From: Vitrella brassicaformis CCMP3155
Taxonomy: Eukaryota > Protista > Chromerida
Length of the DNA: 63,788 bases
Assembly (NCBI GenBank): GCA_001179505.1
Contig: CDMY01000209.1
Location: 62,001-125,788 of the forward strand
Direction of reading: 5' to 3'
This document shows, piece by piece, positions 11,385 to 23,908 of this stretch. The notes under the pieces were generated by a model, which searched no databases, had not been told where the DNA came from, and saw only the letters and a list, made by a program, of their open reading frames with translations. A program made the translations under genes and the position numbers. The first letter of the stretch is position 1. The number at the start of each line of letters is the position of its first letter.

Positions 11385-12200
11385 GCCGGCCGACCGGCGC
11401 ACCCCGCGTCAGTTGTTGCTCACATGAGTGGAGGTCGGGATATCAGGTCCCGCCCCCACTCTGAGACAGCCACACACTGCCCACTGGGAGGCCAGACGAC
11501 CGGCCGACACAAAGGAAACCAACACAAAGGAAGCCGCGACCGACCGACAGCCATCCAGACCGACGCAGCCAAACCAACTTGACAGGCACACAACACACCA
11601 GCCCACCACACACACAGACACGCAGATGACAGGTGAACGGACAGTGTGACTGAAACGGCGCAAAAGGAGACGCATGGCGGTGTTGGCTCGGCTGGGCGGC
11701 ACATCCCCAAGTTCACGCACTGACGACACACAAGGGGGTCGGGATATCAGGTCCCGCCCCAAGCAGTGACCGCCACACACGCGCCCCTGGAGAGGCCGGC
11801 CAGACGAAACGAACGAAAAGAAAACAGTGGTCGACAGCCATCCAGACTCACGCAGCCACACCAACGCAGACACACCGATCGTCGAGAGGTAAAACAACAA
11901 ATCGACTAACACACTCGACTCCAAAACAGCGCGAGATCTACAGCCACCCCCCACACAAAGAAAAACGACAGAATATCCTCCCATGTGTTCCCTCTCTCCC
12001 ATTCCCTCTCTCCCATAAATGAACCCCACGTGGTGAGTTCCCCGGCGACACCGACACCGGCTGGCCGGCACATCCCCAGTTCACGCGGTGACGGCAGATG
12101 CGTGGAGGTCGGGATATCAGGTCCCGCTCCACGCACTGCCGAACACCAACGCGCCCACGGAGAGGCCCGACAGCCAACCGACGGACAGGAACAAAGACGT
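11385..12200. repeat. Degenerate non-coding tandem repeat, 3 units (spacing 304 and 370 bp), with an invariant 21-nt core
   Basis: GGTCGGGATATCAGGTCCCGC at 11433-11453, 11737-11757 and 12107-12127. Flanks partly shared (CACATCCCCAGTTCACGC upstream, GGAGAGGCC and CGACAGCCA downstream). Confidence 0.9.
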
Positions 12201-13304
12201 GACTGGAAAAGAAAGAAACAAACGACCCCAACACGACAGCGACTCGACAACAAACGCAACCAAGGAGAAGAAGACGACGGCGATTCGACGACGAAAATAA
12301 AAGGGAACCCTGCGAGTGAGCGGCAAGAGACCAAAGGGATGAGCAGGTCTCCCCCTTAAGCTGTGCTGTGCTGTGCCGCAGACCTACCGCTGGTGAGTGA
12401 GTGAGTGGCTTTGCGTCGGCCATCGACTGGCCTGTACTGTACTGGTGGTGTCTGGCAGGTGCTCGATGGACGCCTTAAGCGCACCGTCCTGCTCGTGGTG
12501 GTCCTTAAGAGCGCGACACAGTCATAGGGCGCCCATGCGGCTGAGGGCTGCTATGCCGGTGTCCATCGGCCGCTATGCCGGTGTCCATCTTGCCTATGTC
12601 GCCGCCGGCTGTGAGGAAGGCGTGGAGGTCGACAAGCGTCGAGGGGTGGGCCACGCCAATGGCATCACACAGCACAGTGCGGTCGTCGCTGAGAGTCGCC
12701 AGCACGCCACTCGGAGGAGGCAAACTCTGACCCTCACCCTGCAGACAGAGAGGATACATGCTGTGTGGTGGCCACGTGCTTGCAAGCAGATTTGTTTGCT
12801 TACGTGTTGGAAGAAGGGCACGATGGCCAGAAGGTCGGCTCGCTGTGAGGCCTTACGGCAACGATGTACTCAGTCCACTCGTCCTTGCTGGCAAACGTCC
12901 TTCCCCATCTCAGCTTCCGCCGACCCGTCAGCCACACCGTCAGTGAGGGCTAGTTGAGCAGACAAAGCGACTCTGCATGGCAAACAAGCAGACCATCACA
13001 CGCCTCACAGGTGCTTGTGCCTGCCTCGCCCAGCGACCCACTCACCCGCTCGCTGACGCAGCAGGATCTGGGCGCCGATTCTCGACAATCGGCTTGTTAA
13101 TCGGAGGCTTCAGCGGTAGAGCTGCCAGTACTGTCTGCCGGAGGGCGACTCAACCATACTCGACCCGCCAGGTGGTACATGTTAGCAGGGACCAGCGGCG
13201 GTCTGCCGCCGAGCTGGGGTTTGCCGACGTCCGCCGGGCACAACGGAAGCACAAACACCGACTTTAAGCCGGGTGGCTCCTCCCTGGCGCCTCGCGAACC
13301 CCCG

Positions 13305-15211
13305 TCACCCGCCGCAGAGGAGCGCCGACCCGACCATCCTCACGACTACAGCCAGGTCGAACGAATGGCTCATTCTGGCTCGGTCGAGCCACCCCCTGCT
13401 CGCCCCTGCCGCCGTCTGCTGCTGCTGCTGCTGTTCCCTCTGTCGCATGAAGCTCAGGAACGCCTGATGGTCCTTGGATGGGAGTGATGGTGATACGAGG
13501 GAGAGGGAGGTGGTGGGCAGGGGCATCTCAGTCGCCAGCGGTTGGTTCGGTTGGTTGTCAGTTGCGCGTTCGCCTGAGTCAAATTCCTCCATGATGTCCG
13601 CGTACGTGGCCGGGTCGGGCAGGCGGGAATGCCCACGGCATCGGCCAGCCGGTCGCGATCCGACGCCCCCATGGCAAAGGCACCACGCAAACCTGACAGA
13701 CAGTGACATCATTGCACACAAACAGATGGGGATAGAGTGAAATGGCCCACCATAACGCATGTGCATGTGCATGTGGTTGTGGTGCGGTTTGGTGGTGTTT
13801 GTTCACCTAGCTTAGCGACGCGTCTCGGCGGTCCCCTCTTCTGCTGTGCGCAGCGCGCCGCCTCCTCCTTGACGGATGCGAAGAAGGCAGCCTTCTTGTT
13901 GCTCATGTAGATGCCCGGGTAGAGGGAGTCGTTGTCCGCTGGTGTGAGGGCCCTGACTCGGTCAGTGACCCGCCGCCGCAAGTCCTTCATGAGGTCAAGG
14001 TTGGCACGGTGCAGTCGCATCTGAAGCGGCTGCTCCTCATCCTCACACTCACTCCCGTCCGACTGCTCGCCGTGCTGGTGGGGATGGTGGGGGGCATCGC
14101 CGGGCTCCGCGTTGACCGTCCGCTTCATCCGTCCCTGACTTTCGGTGGTGTGGCTCGCCACGCCAGCCTCGTCCATGGCATCCTCGACATGGTCATCCGC
14201 CCCGCCCCCCACCCCCTCCCACTTGGCCCAGTCCACCTGCTGCAGAATGGCGTCCACTTGTCCTCTGGGCAGTGGGTGCAGCGACCACTCAGCGGCCTTG
14301 GCGTTGCGCTTGTCCACCGCGCACTCGACGGCCGCCCTGAGGGAGGGGAAATCCGCACACACCACCTCCTCTCTCGGCTGGCCCTCCTGCTGGCGGAACC
14401 CCACCATGATCGTCTCTATGGCCGTCGGCGGTGCAGCGTGGGTGGTGCTGGGCACGGCAGAGAGGCCGAGGGGTGCCTCGGGCGGCAGGAGTGACCTGAG
14501 CTGCTCGATGAACGACACCTTCATGCGGCGGCTGTGGGTGTGTGGGACGGGGGCGGGGGGCTCATTGTTCTGCCGTCTCTTGCGTCGTTTGGGTGCGGTG
14601 TCGAGGGTCTCGTAATTGCTCCAGTCCTCTGTGTCGAGGACGTGGTCGGCCTGGTCGATGGGGATGGCCGCGAGGCCCAGTCTGGCTGCGCTGTTGCGGA
14701 CCTTGATTGCCTCGCGATAGGCCTCCTTCATGGGCCACTGGGAGGTGTGGAAGTCCTTGATGTTGACGTACTCGCCCTGGATCTTGTTGAAGCACACGCG
14801 GACCTTGGCCCACGGGTCCCTCCTGGTCGGCCGCCACGGGCAGACGCCCAGAGGCTGACGGTCGGGGATCAGCGCACGCAGACGCAGAGTGAGCGGGAAA
14901 GCGCTGGTCGGGTCGGGCTCGCCATTGGCTGCGCTCTGGTTGGAGCTGCTGGCGTGCCGTGACTCGGACAGGCCGTCAGGGACTGTCGGTGACGGGTGCG
15001 GGGGGGCCTTGGCGTCCATGTCCCTGGCCTCGGCCTTGCTCCCGCCCATGGCAGAGGGGATGATTGGCTTTTCCTTCAGCTCGTGCGTCGCTTTATCCCC
15101 CCTCTCGACAGTGGGGAGGGGGCCCAGTGCACCGTTTTGTGGTGTGGGCGGCGGAGGAGGGGCTGATGGTCTGGGCGGTAGGGCGCCTGATTTGTCCGCC
15201 TGACGGGGCAT
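13305..15211 (-). CDS. AP2-like (ApiAP2-type) DNA-binding protein with about three degenerate AP2 domains; 3' structure uncertain, may extend to ~12505
   Basis: LGVCPWRPTRRDPWAKVRVCF...KDF...EAYREAIKVRN; ETIMVGF...ADFPSLRAAVECAVDKRN; YPGIYMSNKKAAFFASV...VAKL|GLRGAFAMGASDRD. Each fits the three-strand plus A..A...R helix AP2 pattern. Confidence 0.6.
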
Positions 15212-16104
15212 CGTCGGCCGTTGGTGAAACGAATCTGCAGCAAACAAGAGGAAAAGGCAAATAGACAGGATCCATGCAATGCATCCATGTGCTCTTGGTG
15301 TGTGGTATCTCGCGTACCCGCTGATCTCACTGCCGACCGACCGCCGTGCCACCGGCGATCGCTCGACACACCAACACCCCACACCACACACACATCCACC
15401 CCACTTCACGCACTACGAAGGCGAAAAAAGACGACCAGCAGTCAGACAGACAGACGTACAGAAAGACGTACAGAAAGACATTCAGCAGGGCTGGCCACAC
15501 ACACGGGTCGCCACAGGCACCATGAGACCACCACAACCGCGCGTGAGCTCTCGTGTGTGTAGGTGTGTCGGTTGGGGTACAGAGTGAGCACATCGGCTGA
15601 AATCTCTCTCAGATGGGTGGCGTGTGTGTGCGGTCAATGTGTCCATCGCTCTCGACTGACTCGAACAAGAACCCCCCCCACACTCACACATACACATACA
15701 TCACACAGGCGCCACTCGGCACGCAATCTCATAAGACGGATGAAGAGGCAGCCACCCGCACTCTTCACATGGCAGTCATGCCCCGCAGCCTCCCCCCCTC
15801 TCTGCCTGTCTGTGTGTGTGTGTGTGTGTGTGATGGGTCAACATGGGCAAGTTATGCCCAGCAGCGTCCTCCTGGCTACAGGGATGGACTTCGACCAAGT
15901 CGTCACAGAGAGAGGGGCAGGCAATCCGTTGGTTACAACGGCCATATCTATTGGCAGTGCCTGCCAGACACACCCACCCACCCACGCAGACACATACCCA
16001 CCCAGACGCTACGAGACCGTACCATCAGTCAGACTAGGGGGGGCGGCTTGGCGGGGGACGTTCGCGGTTAGACACGCGCTCGTCAGCCCCAGCCAGCCAG
16101 CCCA

Positions 16105-17151
16105 CTAATGGCGCGCACCCATACAACGGTCGACGAGCCACTGGCAGAGCCAGCAGCCCGACCTCACGCCCTTCTTGTCCTCCCTCGTCCTGCCCTTCTT
16201 GGCCTCGCCCTTCTTGACCGCCGGGCTCTTCGTGGTGGGCGTTGGTTTGGTGGATGACGGCTGTGAGGGGGCCTTCTCGTCCTCTCTCGCTGCGCCTCGC
16301 CTGCTGCTGCTGCTGCTGCTGCTGGGAGCGGTGGAGGCAGCAGTGGGCGTGTCGGTGTCCTCCTTCTTGGCGCCCCTGCTGGTGTTGGCGATGTGCTTGG
16401 TGTGCCGTGCCTTGTCGGCCGTCAGTTTCTCTTCAATGTACGCCGCCACGGCAGGCCCCATCTTCTTGGCCACCGCCGCCTCCGCCGCCCTCTGCTTGGC
16501 CCACCTCTCCCTCAGCTTGGCCAGATTCGCGTCGTGAGCCTTGTTTGCCGCCGCAACGCCCCGCTGGATCTCCTCAATCTGCACGAGTGAGGGAGCAGAT
16601 AGATGGGCAGAGGTAAGGCAGTAAAGTCCCTGTTTGTATTCGTTGGCAGGTTGGTCACCCACCCGGACGTAGATCTTGGCCAACTCAGCAGGGGTGAACA
16701 GGTGCTCGTTGCCCTGAGAGACAGACAAACAGACAGACAGACAGACACACAACAAACACGCAGAGAGTGTGTCGCACTCACAGCAGAGCAGAGAGAGGAC
16801 ATATCATGAAATATGCTGTGAGTGCGCAGCTTACCCCAAGTTGCACTTCCTCATACGGAGGAGGAAACCCCTCACTGCTATGGAGGCGGCAGATGTCGTA
16901 GGCCTCCTGCAGCCGCTGAAACGCCTCGACAGAGCCGCCCTTGTCTGGGTGGCACCTCTACACACACACGCACACAGCACAGCATGCCAGCATGCCGCAT
17001 GCATGCATCAAATGAGCCCTCCCCTTTGGTCAATGCGCTGGCGTACCAACGAGAGCTCCTTGTAACGCGCTCTTATGTCATCAGAAGTGGCAGAGCTACA
17101 GAGGCCGAGGGTCCTAAGTGCGTCATCAATGCACGACAAACTCTGCATCAT
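16105..17151 (-). CDS. J-domain (DnaJ type III) protein with a lysine/serine-rich low-complexity tail; 3' end may continue to ~15836
   Basis: MMQSLSCIDDALRTLGLCSSATSDDIRARYKELSL|RCHPDKGGSVEAFQRLQEAYDIC, with an intact HPD motif. Confidence 0.8.
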
Positions 17152-17290
17152 GCTGGCGGTGCGCTTCTGCCTGTTTCTTCCGGCGGTGGTGGTTAAGGGT
17201 AAGATTGTTCCGTCTATTGCTTTGAGGGCCGCAGGGCGCTGCGCCAATTGCGCTGCGCTGCGCAGCTGCGCGTGATTCCGCCCCGCAGCA

Positions 17291-20200
17291 ATGTTTCAAC
17301 AGAATGCGATAGTGTCGTCTTCGGGGTCGGATGTCTTGACGATCAGCGACTCTGACGGGACGGATCATGAGTTTCGCATCACAGAGACCATACGGGTGAG
17401 TGCACAGACAAACATCTGCAGGCAGGCAGGCAGGCAGGCAGGCAGGCGAGCAAGCAAACATGTCTCGGATCTCGCGTGTGGTTGTGATGTATATAGAATA
17501 GAGGAGGTATCCGACACCAGGCTATCTGGACCAGGACCAAGAAACTCGTGACCAAGACCAAGGAACTCGTGACCAAGACCATTGGCAAGGAACTCGTGAC
17601 ACTAAGCGAATGGGCCACGGCGGACAAAGATGCGGCCTTGGTGAAGGAGGGAGGGAGGGAGGGAGGGAGGCAAGTGCTGCTGTACAGCCATGCAACCAAA
17701 TGTTTGGTGTTCTTCTGCAGCGGTTGCTCTCGCGCTTGAGCATGTTGGAGAACGGTACCAGGAATGTAGTCAACATCAGACACATATTCATGAAGCATGG
17801 CGTACCCACCCACGCCGTCATGGAACGGACGACCCCATGGTACGGCTGGCTTCGCTGCGTGCGTGTGCGGTGCCCTTTCTCACGTCAGGGACGTTGTGTG
17901 GGTGCGTGTGTGGGTGCGTCTTTGGACAGGTTGAGTCTTCCATCGAAGAAATTCATTTCAGATGTGCGAGTGGTCGCCAACATCGTCGGGCCAGTTGTGG
18001 ACGTCGCTGTCGAAATGGATACCCTGTGAGCAGGCAGAATGGGCATCCATTCTACCCATCTGGCATGCGGATTCGGTTGTTTCGCAGGGGAGTGGTGCAT
18101 CCTGAGATCTGTGTGGAGAACCTTTCGCTGGCCAAGGTTGGCTCGCGCGCAGTCGCGAAGCTCGCTGGACTCGAGAATGTCCAGGAGAGCCCGATGTAAG
18201 ACGAGACAACAGACACACGCCGACAGACACTACAGCAGCCTGTCGGTGGGTCTGTGGCTGCCTGCAGCAAGGCGACCAGTTGCACGTGCCTCTACGCATC
18301 ACCCGAAGAGCTCTCTGGCAGGCTGGTCACTCCGGCCATTCACATATGGCGAATGGGTAAGCAAATCAGACAGCACATGCCATTGGCATCCGTCCATCAA
18401 GCATGACCTTCTGTCCGTTCGTGTGGTCAGGGCATCTCACGGTCGAGCTCTTCAAGTCCAAGCCTCTGTTCGACGGCATGAGTCTCGCGGTGGGTGACAC
18501 ACTGACCCACACATACATTCCATCACGCCACTCGAGCTGCATGGATGTCATTCGCGTCCTTTCAGGATGTCATGGATCTGCTGCAAGAGCCGGAGATGTT
18601 GGCCGACTACATCCGAGAAGCCATGCAGGAGCTGTGTAGCGACAAGTCCGACCTGGGCGATGGTGGCGTCGTGGCGTCTGTCGTCAGCTGGATGCAGGTC
18701 CAACCTCAGGATCGCCCGAAGGCGGCATCGGTAAGTAAGACGAAGGAGGGCGGGCACACACACCCACTCGTCACCCGTTCTGTCTGTCTGTCTGTCTGTA
18801 TGTCTGTATGTCTGTATGTATGTCGTAGGTGAAGGAGAGCTGTCCGTGGCTGAAGAAGCACTACTTCGATATCAGTCCGACGGCATCAGCCTCGACCGCC
18901 CTCGACACACTCATGTTCGGCGCCCACGAAGGAGCCCCCCCCCGCCAGCTCGACGTTGCCCAAGCAGATGCCCCCTGGCGCTGCCCGCGTCGACGACGTC
19001 GCACGCCGCCCCCCACCCACGCCTGCCGATGACCCTTCACCCGCCAGCCACCTAGTGCCGTCCCCATGCCCCAAGACCGTCGCCACCCAAGACGGGTCAT
19101 CCCCAGCCCCAAAGCACCCCTCTCGCACGCCCCTCCATGGCCTTGCGGGCTCCTCTGCGAGCCGCCCTCTGCTGCCCAAGGTGGCGCCGCGGCCACAGAA
19201 GGGCACTGAGAGTGTCCGGAAGGAGCGGGGGGAGATATGGGATTTCTCGAGGGAGAAGGCCGAGAGCGACCGACAGGATCGCCTGGCGCGCGACACACAG
19301 GAGCGTCTGGCCCGCCACCACCCCAGCGGCCCTCACAAGCACCCGCCCGCATCAAAGCACCACTGGCAGCACAGAAAGGACCGCGACGACCCATCCTACC
19401 ACGGACACTATGGGCTCAAAGAGCGGCCGCGCACCAAGGTGGTGGACACGAGGGGCCCATTCGACGACTCCCAGGGACGGGGCAAGGAGTGCGAGAGGGG
19501 GTCGCGTCGGACTCTGCAGCCGGCCGCAGGGACAGTGGAGCCGCGGCGGCAGGCGCTACTCAGACAGCAACTGAGGGCCACTCATGGCGATGGTCAGTGA
19601 GGGAGGGAGTGGGCCGGGCAGATGGCATGCAGCTGCATATGTGGATGTGAGTGTTGTGTGTGACAGGCAATGTAGAGGATCGTACTCGTCTTAGCCGATC
19701 AGCAGATGTGTTGCCGGGCGACCCCGTCTCAACACAGACGGGCGCCAAACTCAACGTCGCAGGTAGGTGGCTATTGATTGGGGTGCGGATGCAGCTGCCC
19801 TCTCTCTCATCTCTCCCCCTCTGTGTGTGTTGCAGGTGTGTCTAGTCGTCCATCCAAGCAGAGCGCTGCTACGACGCGCCAAGAGGAGCTGGCTGGGAGA
19901 GAATCGGCGCGCACCCGAAAGGAGAAAACCACTCTGACTAGGTGAGAGAGAGATCGCTACTGCGGCGCGCTCTCATGTGAGTCGATCACATTCCTGGCCT
20001 CTCTGCCCTGCCTTTGTGTTGCAGGTCGGGCAGTAGCGGATCTTCAGCAGCCAAAGCCACCCACACATCCAAGCGCGCAGCAGGGCTCACCACCAGCCAC
20101 CGCAAGAATGGCGCGGCGTCGGCAGAGCCGGCTACCATCAGCACTGGTGGTGATGTGCGTGCCATAGCGCAAGCAACCCTGACTTGTGCGGCCGGAATCT

Positions 20201-21564
20201 ACCGCGGCTATATGGAGGAGGTGCGCGCTGCCGCTCAGGATCGATCCGAGCCGTTCCCTCCGTCGCGCCAGCCTGGCGTCAACCGCCCCCCCTTGTCGCA
20301 TCCCCTACCCGACCACGACAACGACAGTGACGACGGGAGCAGTCAGGAGGGCGAGGGCCACAGTGAGGAGGACCGCCCCGTGAGCGTGGTGCTGGCCGAC
20401 TGGCCCGCCGCCTCGGCGAGGCGGATCGCACGGTGGGCCAGGGGCGATCCACTTGTCACTCACTGCCGCCAGCCGAATACCGAGAGTGTTCGCCGCCTCG
20501 TTCGTCCGCCAAGGCCCCAGAGACATCCCCTCCCAAGGCCAGCAATAGCAAGGGCGGCTTCAGCTTGGTCGGCATTCCCTTTTCCCCCTCTCAGCGGCCG
20601 CCCACGCCCACCGAGGCGCCAGTGGATGCGTCGCTGTGCCTCTCCCCCTCACCGTCAGCCAATTTGCCCCCACCAGTATCGCCCATCTCACCGTCATCGC
20701 CCATCAGGTCGCCGTCTCGCGGCCCCTTCGGCAATCGGCTGTTCTTCCGTCGCCCTTCCTCTCCCGGCCGCTCACCCACAAATCAGCAGCGTAAGGAGGG
20801 CCGTGAGGGGTCGTTGCCGGCCAGTCTGCGTAGCTCTCTGACAGTCCTGCAGCGGCGGACGGGCCCCAGCAGCCAACTATGGATCGACACGGACCTGCAG
20901 CACGAGCAGCGTCTGAGCCACCTCCGCTCAGCCGCCGCCACCTGAGCGATCTCGACCTGGCGGTGGGCGTGGTGAGGGGCAGTGGCGTGGAGCAGCCAGT
21001 GCCTACGCATGAGGGGCCGGGTGAGGGAGAGCGGCTGAGTGAGGGAGAGCAGCATGGGCATCCCGGCGATCCTGAGAGCGAAGGGTCGCTCGTGTATTCG
21101 TGTACCTCGGCCTCGTGGTCAGCAACGCTGAGCTCCGACCCCAGCAATGCAACCACACCAGCAGCGGCCGCCATGGATCGTGGCCAGGCGGACACTCAAG
21201 GGATCGATACTCTACAAGACGGCGCCGCTGATGTGGCCGAGGAGGGCGGTGAGATGACGGGGGGGGCGCTCGCGGTGGCGGGGGGCAGTCAAGGACGGGA
21301 GGGCGGCCTGCGGGGTCCAGTAGCTACAGCGATGGATATGGTGGATACGACCACAGTGCAAGATCAGCAAGCAGTTGACGTAGGCGAGTGCACTCACACA
21401 CGGATGGATGACACAAGACACCTGTGCACCACCTACTGTGTCTTGTGTTTGTGGCTGGTTGACTCAATCAGGAGTCGGATTTGCCAGCGGCGCCTTCCTT
21501 GCCGCGCGGCGGAGACGTACAGAGGAATACTAGGGAGGGCGATACACGCAGAGAGGAGGGATAA
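17291..21564 (+). CDS. Protein pseudokinase with a long low-complexity C-terminal region
   Basis: Spliced exons give GVVHPEICVENLSL (HRD/K replaced), AKLAGLE (DFG replaced), CLYASPEELSG..TPAIHIWRMGHLTVELF..PLFDG and MQVQPQDRPKA (subdomains VIII-XI). There is a frame break at the C9 run 18935-18943. Confidence 0.75.
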
Positions 21565-22133
21565 AAAGGTCGGGCGGGAATAGGTGTGTGAATAGCTGAT
21601 GGCTGCTTGCAGTATTTATTGACATTCTTGGGAGCATGTGCGCGTTGTTCTTTATTCCATTCCAGGTGTGCAGAACTCGTTGTCTATATAATTCACTCAT
21701 ACTCCATGTGCAAGCGTCAGCCATCCAACACGCACACCAGCTGTGCTGTCTGACCTTCATTCACACCATCACCATCTCCCAAGCCCGCCCACAGGCACTA
21801 AGATAGCTGTGGCCAAGATACATCATCACGCACACACAGGTGACGACGCATAGACAACAAATGCGTCGTGACACACACACCCAAGGCCACCATTTCACCC
21901 ACAAACGGCTACTCGGCACGGCTACACATCTACATATCTACATGCTACGTCCGGTTATAGTACCTTCTCCTCGATGAATTGGCTAGACAACGCAGATCTG
22001 ACTCGTCCATCTGTCATCGCAGCACCGTATATCATACACACGCAAGCTACAGAAAAACATACCTATCATCTTCTTTGTAGACAGTACAAAAGACACCATC
22101 TACCAACGATTAGTCAGTCAGTCAATCAGTCAG

Positions 22134-23205
22134 TCACCCTTCCACCTTGAGCAGATCCGCGATGACCTGGATGCTGCTCTCCTCCGCGTTGACGTCGCCC
22201 ACATAGATAACTTTGCCCTTGCCCACCCTGGCGCACGCCACGCCCACCAGCCCCGGCTCCGTCGGCCTGGGCGCCTAGACCAGGCTGGTCGTCACCGACT
22301 AATCAGTCGACACATACATCCGATGCGCCTCAGGCACGTCCCTGCACACACACGCCATGGCACACACCGAGTTGCAGCCGCTTGACAGCGTGTGTGTGAA
22401 TGTGTGTGTGTGTGCGTACTTGAGTGAGCAGCATTTGTTGTTGATGGCTTGGAGGAGGCATGACTGCGGTGCGTGGCTGGTCTTGTGGAAGGTGGTGCGC
22501 TCGTACGCAGTGAACTTCCACGACAAGTCGCACCTGCACTCGCGCACGTACGGCAACACACACACGTGTACGCAAAATGTCTGCAGGTGATGTGGCGGCG
22601 TGTGTTTGTGCGTCTGACTTGCGGAGGAATTCTTCGACGAACTTGACAGGTGCGTTGTGTGGCACCAGCACCGCGGTGGTGCCCTCGTCGGCCACCATCG
22701 TGTGCAGACGGCTGACCACTCCGCCTATCTGCTGCCGGAACTGACAGACAGACAGACAGACAGACGGATGCGCATGTACTGGTGGAGATGGATGGACGTC
22801 AGGGTGGCCTACGCTGGGGTCCTCCGGCTCGCTGCCACAGCAATCGTCCAAGACCATCGCGAGAACGACGGCGGACGGCTTCATCTCTACACACAACACA
22901 CACACAGAGACCATTGAGTCAGGGAGTGCATGTGTCCTCCCGCCTGTCTATATCTCTGTCTGTGGACCTTGCAGCTTCTGCAGTATGTCGACTTCCCACT
23001 CCTCATTCTCCACAACGGTGCATCCGGGGATCACCTTCTCGGCGCGTTTCGAGAAGAAACACGAGGGCGTGGAGTCGATGATCAGCACCTCGGGTGTGGT
23101 TGTGGTGGCCCTGGTGGAAGACTGACTCCGCAGCGTCTGAAGGTCAACGCCAAGCTTTTTCTCTGCATACCGGCCCCCATGCTGCAGCAGGAAGCCTCGC
23201 TTCAT
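22134..23205 (-). CDS. Class I glutamine amidotransferase-like family protein, paralogue B
   Basis: MKRGFLL...PEVLIIDSTPSCFFSK...KPSAVVLAMVLD...LHTMVADEGTTAVLVP...GDVNAEESSIQVIADLLKVEG*. Intron positions match paralogues A and C. Confidence 0.75.
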
Positions 23206-23222
23206 CGGAAGTGATCTACGCG

Positions 23223-23234
23223 GCTAAGCTCGCA
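23223..23234. promoter_or_regulatory. GCTAAGCTCGCA motif 18 bp upstream of the paralogue B start codon
   Basis: Exact 12-mer match to 4297-4308, in the same orientation relative to a minus-strand ATG. Confidence 0.5.
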
Positions 23235-23445
23235 AAGGAGGACGATCCTCGCCGTGTGCCCCACCAGTGCCTGGCCGGTCCCAACCATTTGCAGCACATC
23301 TGGCTGGCTTCATGATTTCTCTCATTCACATACTATTCAACTCTAATCAGCTACTAGGCACCATTATATCTACACATCTACGCATCTCACTGAGACTCAC
23401 AGACAGACAGACAAAAGCTAGTTGCACATCTAGTCAGTCAATCAG

Positions 23446-23873
23446 TCAGCCTTGTTTGAGCAGGTCCGCGATGACCTGGATGCTGCTCTCCTCGGCGTTG
23501 ACGTCGCCCACATAGATAACTTTGCCCTTGCCCACCTTGGCGCAGGCCACGCCCACCAGCCCCGGCTCCGTCGGCCTGGGCGCCCACACCAGGCTGGTCG
23601 TCACCGACTCATCAGTCGACACATACATCCGATGCGCCTCAGGGACGTCCCTGCACACAGTAGAGGGCACGCCATGACACACACCGAGTTGCAGCCGCTT
23701 GACAGTGTGTGTGTGTGTGTGTGCGTACTTGAGTGAGCAGCATTTGTTGTTGATGGCCTGTAGGGAGCACGACCGCGACGCGCGGCGCGTCCTGTAGAAG
23801 CTGGTCCTTTCGTACTCCGATCGCTCCCACGGCAAGCCACACTGTGTTGTGCGACATGGATGGATGGAACACA

Positions 23874-23908
<35 letters not shown>

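Noticed and set aside
11433-12127. CRISPR array or tRNA cluster reading of the three 21-nt repeats
   Set aside because: Spacing of 304-370 bp is far too long, the spacers are mutually homologous and no cas genes are present. The 7-nt loop lacks the U33 anticodon-loop pattern, and no cloverleaf or A/B boxes were found.
12549-12588. 18-nt direct repeat GCTATGCCGGTGTCCATC
   Set aside because: An isolated local duplication, probably within a terminal exon or UTR, with no other copies seen.
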